The position numbers and the translations under genes are program-made. A stretch of 64,000 nt of DNA, taken from the NCBI RefSeq assembly GCF_030144855.1, contig NC_082736.1, forward strand, positions 25,482,001 to 25,546,000, in the 5' to 3' direction. Below the pieces are notes generated by a model, which worked only from the letters and a program-made list of their open reading frames with translations, was not told the DNA's origin and made no database searches. Origin of the DNA: Hypanus sabinus (Eukaryota). Below, one piece after another: positions 51,443-63,880 of this stretch. Position 1 is the first letter of the stretch, and each line of letters begins with the position of its first letter.

Positions 51443-51565
51443 ATGTCGACATCGCAGAAGCACCGCAACTTCGTGGCTGAGCCCATGGGCGAGAAGTCGG
51501 TGAAGTGCCTGGCGGGGATCGGCGAGGCCCTCGGCCAGAGGCTGGAAAATCAGGGATTTCAGAAG
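51443..51565 (+). CDS. BANF1: BANF1 copy 2, first coding exon
   Basis: Identical to copy 1 exon; intact splice sites. Confidence 0.95.
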
Positions 51566-54500
51566 GTGAGCAGTCCCCTCCCCCCCCCCCCCCCCCCGAT
51601 CCCCTACCTCCCTCACTCGTTTACCCCCCTCCGGATCCTCCTGCAGAACTGAGGGTTCACTCAGTGGAAGTGGGAGGGCTGTTGCCCGTCTTGTCCTGGG
51701 TCAAATCTCCCTAAACTCTAAAGTACACTGGGGCTAACAGCAGGTCATTGGCGATTGGCTGTTGCTGCCGGTACAGAATGATGTGGACAGAGGTGTAGGA
51801 ATCTCCCTACACTGGGGCTAACAGCAGGCCATTAGCGATCGGTTGTTGCCACCGGTACCGAATGATGTGACAGAGGTGTCGGAATTTTTGATGGTTCAGA
51901 AGGTTCATTTCATTTTCAGAGTAAGCACGATACAACTCTAAGATCTGTCTTCTCCTGATAGCCAGGAAATACAGAAAGACACGAGAAAGAAAACGAAATA
52001 AAAACTTGCAAACCCCCCCCCGCACAAAAGCTAACAGACCGCCCACCCCTGAAAACAGCAGCTTGAACATCAATCCGTAAACTCCTCCCTCGCAAAAACA
52101 TCTTAACATATCGGCCGCAAGGGGGAGGAAAAAACAGAGGCAGTAACATCGAATCCCAAAAAATTAACATAATAAAAATCTAACATATCATAGAAAATCT
52201 AACATCACCTGTGTGGAGAAAGAGCAACAACAAGCCCCAATCCTCCACATCCTCCCCCTCACCCCCACCCCCACATAACTACTAACATTGTCCACAAGGA
52301 CATCAAACCGCAACCCCCCCCCCCGAACACCAAAGTTACCTGGGTAAGCTTCGTTCGGAGAGTGGGTGAGGGTGTGGGACGAGCTGCTGGCGAACGCGGT
52401 ATTCAGAGGAATGAGAAGGGGCCATAGAAAGTTATGAGTTGTTGGGCAAGGTGGTCGGGAATGTCGTTTTCTCTGGTAAGTGGCACCAGAACGAGGGGAC
52501 ATGTCCTATAGAGTCTAGGGGGCGCAGAACTTTGGCGAGATATACTGCTGCCAGAAAACCACAAACTTAACGCCATACGTCAGTGATTTGGAAGATCCTT
52601 TCTTGTTCAACGATAAAATCGGAGATGAGGAGGAACGACTTTTCCCCCTGCCGTCCAGAGAGGAATTGAATCTGTGGAATTCTCAAATTGGGTCGGGTGG
52701 GACTGGAACTCGAGGTCATGGGTGAAAGGTGAAATATTTGAGGGAACTCCTTCACTCAGAGGGTGGTGGGAGTGTGGAGCGAGACGCCAGTGGAACTGGT
52801 GGAGACGGGTTCCGTTTTAGCGACGTCTGGGGTCGGTGCGTTTGGGGAGGGGAGGGGCCAGCTGCAGATCGATGGGAATGGGCGGAGTAACAGTCGGGCA
52901 TGGTCCACACGTTGTGGTGTGGTGCCACCATAGCAGACCATAAGGTATAGGAGCAGAAGTATGCCATTTGGCCCATCCATTCTGCTCTGCCATTCAATCA
53001 TGGGCTGATCCAATTCTTCCAGTCATCTCCACTCCCCTGGAAAGACTGCACCCAACAGGAGAAACAGCCCAATGTGGAAAAGTCAACGAACTGCGCAAAT
53101 GTCGGGGGGGAATAATCATAATAATAAATAAACAATAAATATCGAGAACGTGAGGTGAAGAGTCCTTGAAAGTGAGTCTTTAGGTTGTGGGAACAGTTCA
53201 GTGATGGGGCAAGTGTAGTTATCCCTTTTTGTTCAGGAGCCTGATGGCTGAGGGGTGATAACTGTGAGGAAGTCAGGGTTCCATTTGCATAAGCTCCCTC
53301 GACTTACTGAAACATTAAATTATGAGCGAGGAGGTAAAATGTTTTTCCCCCACTGCTAAGTGAGGCTAGAGCTAGGTGACGTAGGTTCAAGTTCCAAGGG
53401 AATAGACTTTGTACAGAGGTGAGGAGAATCGGCTTTTCTTAGAGTAGTGAATCTGGAATTCTCTGCCTGGGGAAGAAATAGAGGTACCCCATTAAATAGA
53501 TTTACAACACAGTAAGATTTTTTTGTATAGCCAGAGAATTAAGGGTTATCGGGAAGAGGCATGCCCAGGTCAGNNNNNNNNNNNNNNNNNNNNNNNNNNN
53601 NNNNNNNNNNNNNNNNNNNNNNNNNNNNNNNNNNNNNNNNNNNNNNNNNNNNNNNNNNNNNNNNNNNNNNNNNNNNNNNNNNNNNNNNNNNNNNNNNNNN
53701 NNNNNNNNNNNNNNNNNNNNNNNNNNNNNNNNNNNNNNNNNNTGTGCGCCGTAATGAACTCTTGTTCGACGTTTCGGGCTAAGACCCTTCCTCAGGACTG
53801 GGGGGCGGTGAAGAGTGATGAGACGTCAGAATAAGAAGGTGGGGGTAGGGATGGAAGACGTGCAAGGTGGTGGGTGATAGGTGAGAGAGAGAAAGGGCTG
53901 AAGGGGGAAATCTGATAGAAGACTGGAATGGATGGGGCAGCACCAGAGGGAGGTGATGAGCGAGTAAGGAAATGAGGTGAGAGAGAGGAATGGAGGGGGG
54001 GTATTACTGGAAGTTCAAGAAATCGAAGTTCATGCCATTAGGCTGAAAGCTACCCAGTCGGAATATGAGGTGTTGCTCTTCCAAACTGAGTGGGCCTCAT
54101 CACGGCCGCAGAGGAGGCCGTGGACTGGCACGTCGGAATGGGAGGTAGAATTGAAATAGGTGGCCACTGGGAGATCCCACTTTTTCTGGCGGACGGAGCG
54201 TAGGTGCTCGACGAAGCAATCCCCAATCTGTGTCGGGTCTCGCCGATACACCGGAGGCCACCGCGTACAGTAAATGATCCACCGACGTGATCTTATTTAG
54301 TGATGGAGCAGGTTTGACTGATCAGGTGGCCAACACCTGCTTGTCTTTGCCTGAAAGCTATTTCTCAGATACTCAAACCACCCCATCTGGCACCAACAAT
54401 CATTCCACGGTCAAAGTCAGTCAGATCATATTTCTTCCCCATTCTGAACAACCAAACCTCTTTGACCATGTCTGCATGCTTTTATGCCTCAATGCTGTCA

Positions 54501-54709
54501 CCTGATTGGCTGATTCGGTATTTGCACTAATGTTGTGGGGGTGTTGGGAGCAGGCATGTGGGGTTTGTAAGATATTTGTCTCCTTTACGGTTTGCCTCAC
54601 CAACAAGCCTGAGCCGGCTAAGTTGTGCCGTTCCAAACTGGCTGAGAGGCTCCGGATAGTGGAGAGTTCTGCTTTGTACGTTAGCTTGTTTACGGGAGCA
54701 GTGTGCTGA

Positions 54710-54741
<32 letters not shown>

Positions 54742-54754
54742 CCTCCCTCTCTAG

Positions 54755-54901
54755 GCGTCTGCGGTGCTGGGCCAATATCTGGTCCTGAACAAGGACGAGG
54801 GGACGTTCAAGGAGTGGCTGAGTGACACCTGCCAGGCCAATTCCAAGCAAAGCAGCGACTGCCACACCTGCTTGCGGGAGTGGAGCGACGCCTTCCTGTA
54901 A
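54755..54901 (+). CDS. BANF1: BANF1 copy 2, last coding exon (T58 variant)
   Basis: [48 protein letters not shown]; aataaa at 55409. Confidence 0.95.
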   Translation, partial: ASAVLGQYLVLNKDEGTFKEWLSDTCQANSKQSSDCHTCLREWSDAFL

Positions 54902-57900
54902 TCTCTCCCCCCTGACCCCCATCCCTCCCACACCCCCTCCTTCTCAGAGTGAAATCGGCCCACCCAGCTCATTTGGTTCGGTCCTTGTGCTCCCTTAACT
55001 ACTGAAGCCACTAGGAGGGCCGGGCTGTGAACCGGAGAGCACGGGAAGGGTTGCCCTCTTCCCCTGCCACTACTCATCACACCCTCCTGAGCCAAGACGT
55101 TGGATATTCTTAGCGTGAGGTTTTTTTTTAAAACCTTCCCCCCTCCCCTCCACTGCCCACCCCTGTGCTGAAAATGAGTAATCTGCCCTGTGACGGGTCA
55201 CACAGAGTGAGGCTTTCATTTCGATTGTGCCACGAACCAGTTCTCGTTTTCTCTCTCTCTCTGCTTGAAGATCCATTCCAGAGGCCACACTGAGTTCTGA
55301 ACTGCGACTCTCATTATTTCAAGCCCGCCATCCTCCTTCCCGCTCCCATGACTGCGCTGGGTGTTGAGACTCAACTTCACTGTAGAAATTGTTCTTAAAT
55401 TTTATATGAATAAATAAGTCTGTGTTGCTCTGGAATATTCTCATTGCTCCTCTTAGCCGGCCTTTGTGGTAGTGGCATCAGTACCGGACTCTGAGGCGAG
55501 CGGTCGAATCCGGTCGGCTCCTTGCACGCTTTCCATTAATGAGTGTTGGGCAAGCAACTCGGCCTCGTAAAAAAAAAATAGACGAAAATGCTAAAGAAAT
55601 GGCGAGGTTGCTGCCTGATGTGCGGAAGAGGACAGCAAATCTGTCAGGCGATGTTTTAGGAAGAATTTCAAAGAGTCAAAGTACATGCACATTTATGAAA
55701 GTACATTTATTATACAGTCTGAGACAGCCACCAAACAAAAACACCATGGAAAAACCCTTCCATTACGCAAACCCCACCCCACCCCCCCCCCGCACGTGGA
55801 AACAGCATTAACAACGAAAAACAACAACACAGTATAAAATGCAAAATCAAAAGAGTCCAGGTATATTCAGTTCAGCTCAGTGTCCGTTACCTGCAGGCCA
55901 CCCCAATTCAAAGTCGCCCAAAACAGCAACGTCAAAAAAAATTGGCCAGAAACGGGTCATAACATGAACCACAAATCCACAAATGGCATCAATCAAATTT
56001 GCCCAAGAACACTTCCGTCGTCTGATTTCTGAACTGACACAATAACACAATATTTTTGGTCTCTTTTTCCCCCACACACATATAATGAGTTGTGGCTAAC
56101 GGAGACTTAAAGAGTAGATACGAGATAGGACACCTTCCACTCACTCGGGACAGGAGACCGTTGCTGATGTGAGAAGGTCTGTGGACGCCGGGACCCCAAG
56201 GCCGCACACACAAAACGCTGGAGGAGCTCGGCAGGTCAGGCTGCATCTATGGGGAAGAGTGAACCAAAGAGTCTCGTTGAAGGGTCTTGGCCCGAAACGG
56301 TGACTGTTTGATTTTTCCATGGGTACTGCCTGGCCTGCGGAGGAGACTCCCCTTGGAGTCTGTGCAGTAACATTTAGCATGCGCCAGATAGATTCCTCTG
56401 TCAATAACTATTAGGAACTAAAACACAATTTTAAGATACTGTAGTAGTGTTCTGAATTTAATTTGTTACTCAGTTAAATCGTAGTTTCAAGCAACACACA
56501 CAAAATGCTGGTGGAACGCAGTAGGCCAGGCAGCATCTATAGGGAGAAGTACAGTCGAAGTTTCGGGCCGAGACCCTTCGTCAGGACTAAATGACAGGAA
56601 AGATAGAGACTTGAAGGTAGTGGAGGGAGGGAAAAATGCGGTTGGTTTGTTTTATACCTTTTTACTACTTCCATGAAATTTCGGCTAACTGGGGCAAAAT
56701 GTTCTGGTCCTGGCATGTCCCAATTAACTGGAATCTGCTGTGTTTCCTCTTGCAATTTACAGTGTTGTGCTGTTGCTGCTTCTGCATATCAAATTTCACA
56801 GCGCGCACCAGTAATATTAAACCCGATTCAGTTCCGTAGGTGGAATGGCGTGCTTGTAGTCTCAATTAACTCTCACATGGAGTTCTCTGTCACCCTCCCC
56901 CCCCCCAAAGCTGTAACGGTTGGAGGGTGCATTTTGTTGTCAGAGTATGCATGTGCAGTACAACTCTGATAATCGTCTTCTCCAGATGCCCATGAAATAC
57001 AGAAAAACCATGGGAGTTGAAAGGAAATACATCAATTCTCCCCCCCCCCCCCGGATGGAACAGAAAGACAAGAAAAAACCAAAACCCCCACCCCTCCTTC
57101 GCAGAAAAAGCTAAGATTCCGCCCCCTCCCCATGGAAAATGGCAGCCGGAATATCAAAACCCCAACCTCCCCCCCACCCCTCCCTTGCACACAGAAAACT
57201 GACAGTTAAAAATTAGTTTTCAAATAAGAACAAGATTCTCAGTGTTGGGTGGCATCAACGGAGGAAGAAACCATTGAAAGTTTTCGTGCCTGAAGCTCTT
57301 CATCCTGACGAAGACCACTTGTGCATGCCATCTTGGACAATGACTCCCATCCACTCCATACTGTACTGGTTAGGCACAGGAGTACATTCAGCCAGAGACT
57401 CATTCCACCGAGATGCAACACTGAGCGACATAGGAAGTCATTCCTGCCTGTGGCCATCAAACTTTACAACTCCTCCCTCGGAGTGTCAGACACCCTGAGC
57501 CAATAGGCTGGTCCTGGACTTATTTCCACGGCATGATTTACTTATTATTATTTAATTATTTATGGTTTTATATTGCTATACTTCTACACTATTCTTGGTT
57601 GGTGCAACTGTAACGAAACCCAGTTTCCCTCAGGATCAATAAAGTATGTCTGTCTGTCTGTTTTGTGTCTGTGGTGGAAGTCATCTGCGAGACACTGAAG
57701 CTGGTGATAAAAGAATTCTTTATTCATCAGCAGAAGCGGGCAGATCCTCTCGGCCGAGGCTCAGCGGCTGAAAAGACCATCACCCTGAAGATCAAAGTTA
57801 ACAGTAGGTGGCTCAATTAAACCTCAGCAGTTAGTGATGTGGTTCGCTCCAGCACTCTGGGTGGACTGAGTTGCGTATCTACAGTAGGGGACACCTCAGA

Positions 57901-59304
57901 ATGTTCAAATGCCTTTGCCAGGATAAAATAATTGCAAGCTTCCCTGAACTTATTTACAATGGTGCTAATTATTTAGTACAAGACAGGAACAGGCCATTCG
58001 GCCCACAATGTTGTGCTGGACCAGCTAAAAAACAAAGCATCCAAACACTAATTCCTCCTACCTACACTGTGTTCATATCCCTCCATCTTCCTCACATCCA
58101 CGTGCTTATCCAAACGTCTCTCAAAAAGCATCTATCACCATAACAGGCATTCACCTCTCTGAGTAAAAAAACTTACCCCTCACCCCCCCCCCCCCCACCT
58201 TCAATGGCTACCCAAACGGTATATAAGGTGTTGTTCCTCCAACCTGAGTGTGGCTTCATCTTGACAGTTGAGGAGGCCATGGATAGACATATCAGAATGG
58301 GAATGGGACGTGGAATTAAAATGTGTGGCCACTGGGAGATCCTGCTTTCTCTGGCGGACCGAGCGCAGGTGTTCAGCGAAACGGTCTCCCAGTCTGCGTC
58401 AGGTCTCACCAATATATAAAAGGATATATGAATCCCACAGATTCACCACCCTCTGGCTAAATGCAGGTTTAAACGGATGGTTGATGGTCAGCACAGGCTC
58501 GGCGAGCCGAGGAACCTGCTTCTATGCTGAATCTCTCTGGATAATACAAGTTTGGGGAGGGAATTCTCGAGTTACACCACACGACTCGTGCACAGCAGAG
58601 AAAATTCGGGGACTCTGCCTTTTCTCTTTTAAGCGGCAGAAGATGAGAGGTGTATAGGATGATGAGAGGCATTGATCGTGTGGATAGTCATAGAGGCTTT
58701 TTTTCCCAGGGCTGGAATGGCTAACACGAGGGGGCACAGTTTTAAGGTGCTTGGAAGTAGGTACAGAGGAGTAAATTTTTTACTCAGAGAGTGGTGAGTG
58801 CTTGGAAGTAGGTACATAGGAGTAAATTTTTTACTCAGAGTGTGGTGAGTGCTTGGAATGGGCTGCCGGCGACGGTGGTGGAAGCAGATACGATAGGGTC
58901 TTTTAAGAGACTCCTGGACAGGTACATGGAGCTTAGAACAATAGTGAGCTATGGGCAAGCCTAGGTAATTTCTAAAGTAAATACATGTTCGACACAGCTT
59001 TGTGGGCCGAAGGGTCTGTATTGCGCTGTGGGTTTTATATGTTTCTAGGTTCTAAAAGGACGAGGCACAAGCGACCGGGACTTCAAGAGCATGGGGCGAG
59101 GAAGATGTGGGAAAACCTCCGAGGGATTTGCAGGTGGGGATGAGGAGCGCTGGCGGAGAAACGAGCCGGGAGAAGGGGACAGGCAGGTCTGAGATCGCAG
59201 GGAACCGGCACAGTCCCTTCGTCAGGGAGCGAACGTGAGGGTCCGAGATCCGGGGATGGGGGGTGGAGGGAGCTGAGGCCGAGGATGGTCCCGTCTATCA
59301 GGCC

Positions 59305-59889
59305 TGGTTGGGTCAGTCTGGCCCGGAGGGCCGAAGGGAATTCAACCCCCATCCCCTCGCTGCCGCCTCATCCCCCACCTGGCCCCTTCCGCCATGCTCC
59401 TTCAGCAGTACTTCCGGTCCATCCTCAATCGTCTTCCCACCTACTTCCGCCCCCAATACTAAACCCTTTCGGGACGGAGAGGAGAGGCTGCGGTTTTCCA
59501 CCTCAGACCCTAGTAATTATCGGGGAGGGTGAGAGAGGGAGCGGGGCAGGAGGAGTGGATGGAGGAAACGAAAAGGAAGGGGGCTGGAAGTTTCGCCGTC
59601 CGGAACGACTGATAGGCGCACACACACAGGGAGGCGGGGGAAGGGGAAGCTATAAAGCGGCGGACCGGCCGGCGATCGTGACCCAGAAGCAGTCGGTTGG
59701 CGGGATCGGAGGTGGGTGAGGAGGGAGCGTGGAGGAGCGCCCGGGGTTGCGGGATTCGAGGGAGCGTCTGCGGGGGGGGTAGTTTGGTTGCAACCGGGGT
59801 GGTCGTAGATTAGGAGGGGCCGGTCGTGCCGGTGGGTGTAACGTGGACCTGGGCTGCGAGGCTTCCTTCCCTCTCCCTCCCTCCCTCTG
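59305..59889. promoter_or_regulatory. Duplicated bidirectional promoter P3 (BANF1 copy 3)
   Basis: Near-identical to P2; TATAAA 59651-59656. Confidence 0.8.
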
Positions 59890-60610
59890 TACACCTTCCC
59901 CTCCTCTCCCCTTACACCATCCCCTCCCCCTCCTCTCCCCTTACACCATCCTCTCCCTTTACACCTTCCCCTCCCCCCCTCTCTCCGTGCACCTTCCCCT
60001 CCCCCTCCTCTCCCCTTACACCTTCCCCTCCCCCTCCTCTCCCCGTACACCATCCCCTTCCCCTCCTCTCCCCTTACACCATCCCCTCCCCCTCCTCTCC
60101 CCTTACACCATCCCCTCCCCCTCCTCTCCCCTTACACCATCCCCTCCCCCTCCTCTCCCCTTACACCATCCCCTCCCCCTCCTCTCCCCTTACACCATCC
60201 CCTCCCCCTCCTCTCCCCTTACACCATCCCCTCCCCCTCCTCTCCCCTTACACCATCCCCTCCCCCTCCTCTCCCCTTACACCATCCCCTCCCCCTCCTC
60301 TCCCCTAACGCCATCCCCTCCCCCTCCTCTCCCCTTACGCCATCCCCTCCCCCTCCTCTCCCCTTACGCCATCCCCTCCCCCTCCTCTCCCCTTACGCCA
60401 TCCCCTCCCCCTCCTCTCCCCTTACGCCATCCCCTCCCCCTCCTCTCCCCTTACGCCATCCCCTCCCCCTCCTCTCCCCTTACGCCATCCCCTCCCCCTC
60501 CTCTCCCCTTACACCATCCCCTCCCCCTCCTCTCCCCTTACACCATCCCCTCCCCCTCCTCTCCCCTTACACCATCCCCTCCCCCTCCTCTCCTCGTACA
60601 CCTTCCCATC
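59889..60610. repeat. 29-bp C-rich minisatellite (VNTR3)
   Basis: Same unit; degenerates into a unique pyrimidine tract at its 3' end. Confidence 0.95.
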
Positions 60611-62247
60611 GCCCCTACACCTTCTCCTCCCTCCCTACACTCTCCCTCCTCGCTCCCTCTCTACTATTCCTCTCCCTATCCCCTACACCACTCCCTCCCC
60701 CTCCCCCACATGACACTCTCTCACATCACTCCCCTCACCCCACACAACACCTTCTCACACCCCTCCCCTTCTCTTGCCCCCCTTACCCTATCTGCCTTCC
60801 CCTCCTCATCTCTCCCTCTTCCCCCCTACTTGAGATTCTTAGCCACTGGTTCCTAGTTCCCCACCCTCCGTCTCCCATTTCTGCTTTTGTCCCACAACCC
60901 GGGGAAGGCAGAGAGTTTAGGTGGATTCCAGCCACTGCTTCCCCAATACCTGTTCCCACTTCCGTTCGGCCCCCCCTAGGGCTGCAGGCCACTGGGTCCG
61001 GGGATCTTACCATTGCTGATAATCTCGTGGTTTCTGCGTCTTCAACAAATCCTCTCTCCCTTTCCCAAATCCTGTCGTCTATGGTGTGTTAATGGGCTGT
61101 TGTATCATGCTGGTTTTATTTTCATATCTCTCTTCCTATAAATATCTTTTGTTCTCTTTCATTTTATTGAGATACGGCGCGGATTAAGCCCTTCGAGCCA
61201 CGCCACCCAGTATTCCCCTGATTTAACCTGAGCCTATTCACGGGACAATTTACAATGACCAATTAATCAGTCAGTCTTTGGACTGTGGGAGGAAACCCAT
61301 GTTGTCGAGGGAGAACGCTCCTCACAGGCAGCGTTGGGAATTGAACTCTTTTCATCTGCACTGTAAAGCGTTGTGCTAACCACTATGCTGCAGTGTTGTC
61401 ACCACCACCGCCCCCCCCCCCCACACACACACTTTTTTTTCTGCTGGTTCCTAAAGGAATTCCAATGCTCTTTCTGAAAAATGCCTTTTCATTTCAGTTC
61501 AGTGTCTTTCTTTGCCAAGTTATCCGAGTATCTCGAGCCCACTGTGGGACAGCTTTTCTTTCTCCGCGGAGTTTTGGACGATGCCTGGTTATTTCTGCTT
61601 CGGGCCATCTGCCGTGGGTCGGGGTGGGGTTTGGGCGCTACCAGTCCCATTCTGCCTCCAGTAGTCCGATGGCGGGAGAGTTTTTAAACTGGAACCGGGG
61701 ACGATCTTGGGAGACGGGATCCAGTGGGAGGAGCAGTCGTCACAAACTGGGGTCTCCATTGTTTGCCGTGGAGGGCTAGCTATCTCTTATCATACCCCCC
61801 GCTCTCCACGGAGCATTGCGGAGACGTCTTCCTGGCTATTAGATCCCGTCTGCCCGTTGGAGCTGACTGGTGTGCCTCGAACACACTGGGGTACGAGGCC
61901 ATCGGTTCCCCTCGCCTGGGTTAGCCCGCCTGTCGGAGCGGTGGACCGGGGAGCCGAGTGCCCGGCGGGGCCCCGGAGTGGACACAAGAAGCCCCTACAC
62001 CAGAGGTGCTGCCCCTCCCTGGGAAACCTGTACATCCCTCTTGCTGCAGATGGAGGACGCAATCGTTTGAGGTGAAGAGAGGGCGAAGCTTTTCCCTGTG
62101 GCGGAGTCGGATGCCAGTGGGTAATGGTTTGGGAGGATTCAGGTTGTGGGGGCGATTACTGGCTAGGAGTGGGCACCGCGCGCCTGTCTCCGTGCTGTCT
62201 GGTGATAATCTCTCTCATTTCGCTGCAGACACACGCCTGGGGACAGG

Positions 62248-62370
62248 ATGTCGACGTCGCAGAAGCACCGCGACTTCGTGGCTGAGCCCATGGGCGAGAA
62301 GTCGGTGAAGTGCCTGGCGGGGATCGGCGAGGCCCTCGGCCAGAGGCTGGAGGATCAGGGATTTGACAAG
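62248..62370 (+). CDS. BANF1: BANF1 copy 3, first coding exon (last exon beyond the window)
   Basis: Acceptor tgcag at 62228; [41 protein letters not shown]|gtgagc. Confidence 0.95.
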
Positions 62371-63054
62371 GTGAGCAGTTCCCCCCCCCCCCCCCCCCCA
62401 CCGATCCCCTACCTTCCTCACTCGTTTACCCCCTCCGGATCCTCCTGCCTCCTGCAGAACTGAGGGTTCACTCAGTGGAAGTGGGAGGGCTGTTTGCCCG
62501 TCTTGTCCTGGGTCAAATCTCCCTAAACTCTAACGTATACTGGTGCTAACAGCAGGTCATTGGCGATTGGCTGTTGCCGCCGGAACAGAATGATGTAGGA
62601 ACAGAGGTGCAGGAATTTTTGATGGTTCAGAAGGTTCATTTCATTTTCAGAGTAAGCACGATACAACTCTGATCTGTCTTCTCCGGATAGCCAGGAAATA
62701 CAGAAAGACTGCGGAAATCGTTGAAAGAAAAGACATCAACTTCACCCACCCCGCCCCGCACGAGAAAGAAAACAAAACAAAAACTCGCAAACCCCACCCC
62801 CCGCACAAAAGCTAACAGACCGCCCGCGCCTGAAAACAGCAGCTGGAACATCAATCCCTAAACAACTCCCCCGCAAAAAAATCTTAACATATCGGCTGCA
62901 AGGGGGAGGGAAAAAACAGCGGCAGTAACATCGAACCCCAATCCCCCCTCCACTGCACACCAAAAAAAACTAAAATCGCCCGCCTGGAGAAAGAGCAACA
63001 AGCCCCAAATCTCCACACCCTCCCCCTCACCCCCACCCCCACACAACAACTAAC

Positions 63055-63880
63055 ATAGAGTCATAGAAAGTCTAAAGCACAATACAGGCCCTTCGGCTCA
63101 CAGAGTTGTGCAGAACACATCCCGACCTTACTCCCGAAATTACTCAGCTTACCTATAGCCCTCTATTTCTCTAAGCTCCAGGAGTCTCTTAAAAGACCCC
63201 ATCGTATCGGCCCCCACCACCATCGCCAGCAGCCCATTCCACGCACTCACCACTCTCTGAGTAAAAAAAACACCCCTGACATCTCCTCTGTACCTACTCC
63301 CCAGCACCTTAAACCTGTGTCCTCTTGTGGCAGCCATTTCAGCCCTGGGATAAAGCCTCTGACTACCCACACGATCAATGCCTCTCATCATCTTATACAC
63401 CTCCATCAGGTCACCTCTCAACCTCCGTTGCTCCAGGGAGAAAAGGCCGAGTTCACTCAACCTATTCTCATAAGGCGTGCTCCCCATTCCAGGCAACATC
63501 CTTGTAAATCTCCTCTGCACCCTTTCTATGGCTTCCACATCCTTCCTGTAGTGAGGCAACCAGAACTGAGCACAGTACTCCAAGTGGGGTCTGACCAGGG
63601 TCCTATATAGCTGTAACATTACCTCTCAGCTCCTAAATTCAGTTCCCTGATTGATAAAGGCCAATACACAGTACGCCTTCTTAACCACAGAGTCAACCTG
63701 TGCAGCTGCTTTGAGCATCTGTGGACTCAGACCCCAAGATCCCTTTGATCCTCCACACTGGCATTAATGCTGTTTTCTGCCATCATATTTGACCTACCAA
63801 AATGAACCACTGCACACTTATCTGGATTGAACTCCATCTGCCACTTCTCAGCCCAGTTTTGCAATCAATGTCCCGCTGTA
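63055..63880 (-). mobile_element. CR1 LINE 3' fragment specific to BANF1 copy 3 intron 2
   Basis: ORF 63149-63619 LQLYRTLVRPHLEYCAQFWLPHYRKD; absent at the homologous position of copies 1/2 (~41790, ~52288). Confidence 0.9.

Larger units (their letters stand above)
36055..53742. other. Four N-gaps: 36055-36218, 39453-39652 (exactly 200), 43076-43290, 53574-53742
   Basis: Runs of n in the sequence. Confidence 0.99.
39653..59890 (+). repeat. Near-identical tandem segmental duplication, period ~10.45-10.5 kb
   Basis: Sequence from ~39790-49430 recurs at ~50290-59890 with few differences (e.g. TATA 49195 vs 59651; exon 44303 vs 54755). Confidence 0.93.

Noticed and set aside
40942-54901. BANF1 copies as processed pseudogenes or BANF2
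   Set aside because: They have introns, promoters, intact ORFs, a BANF1-type N-terminus and BANF1 synteny
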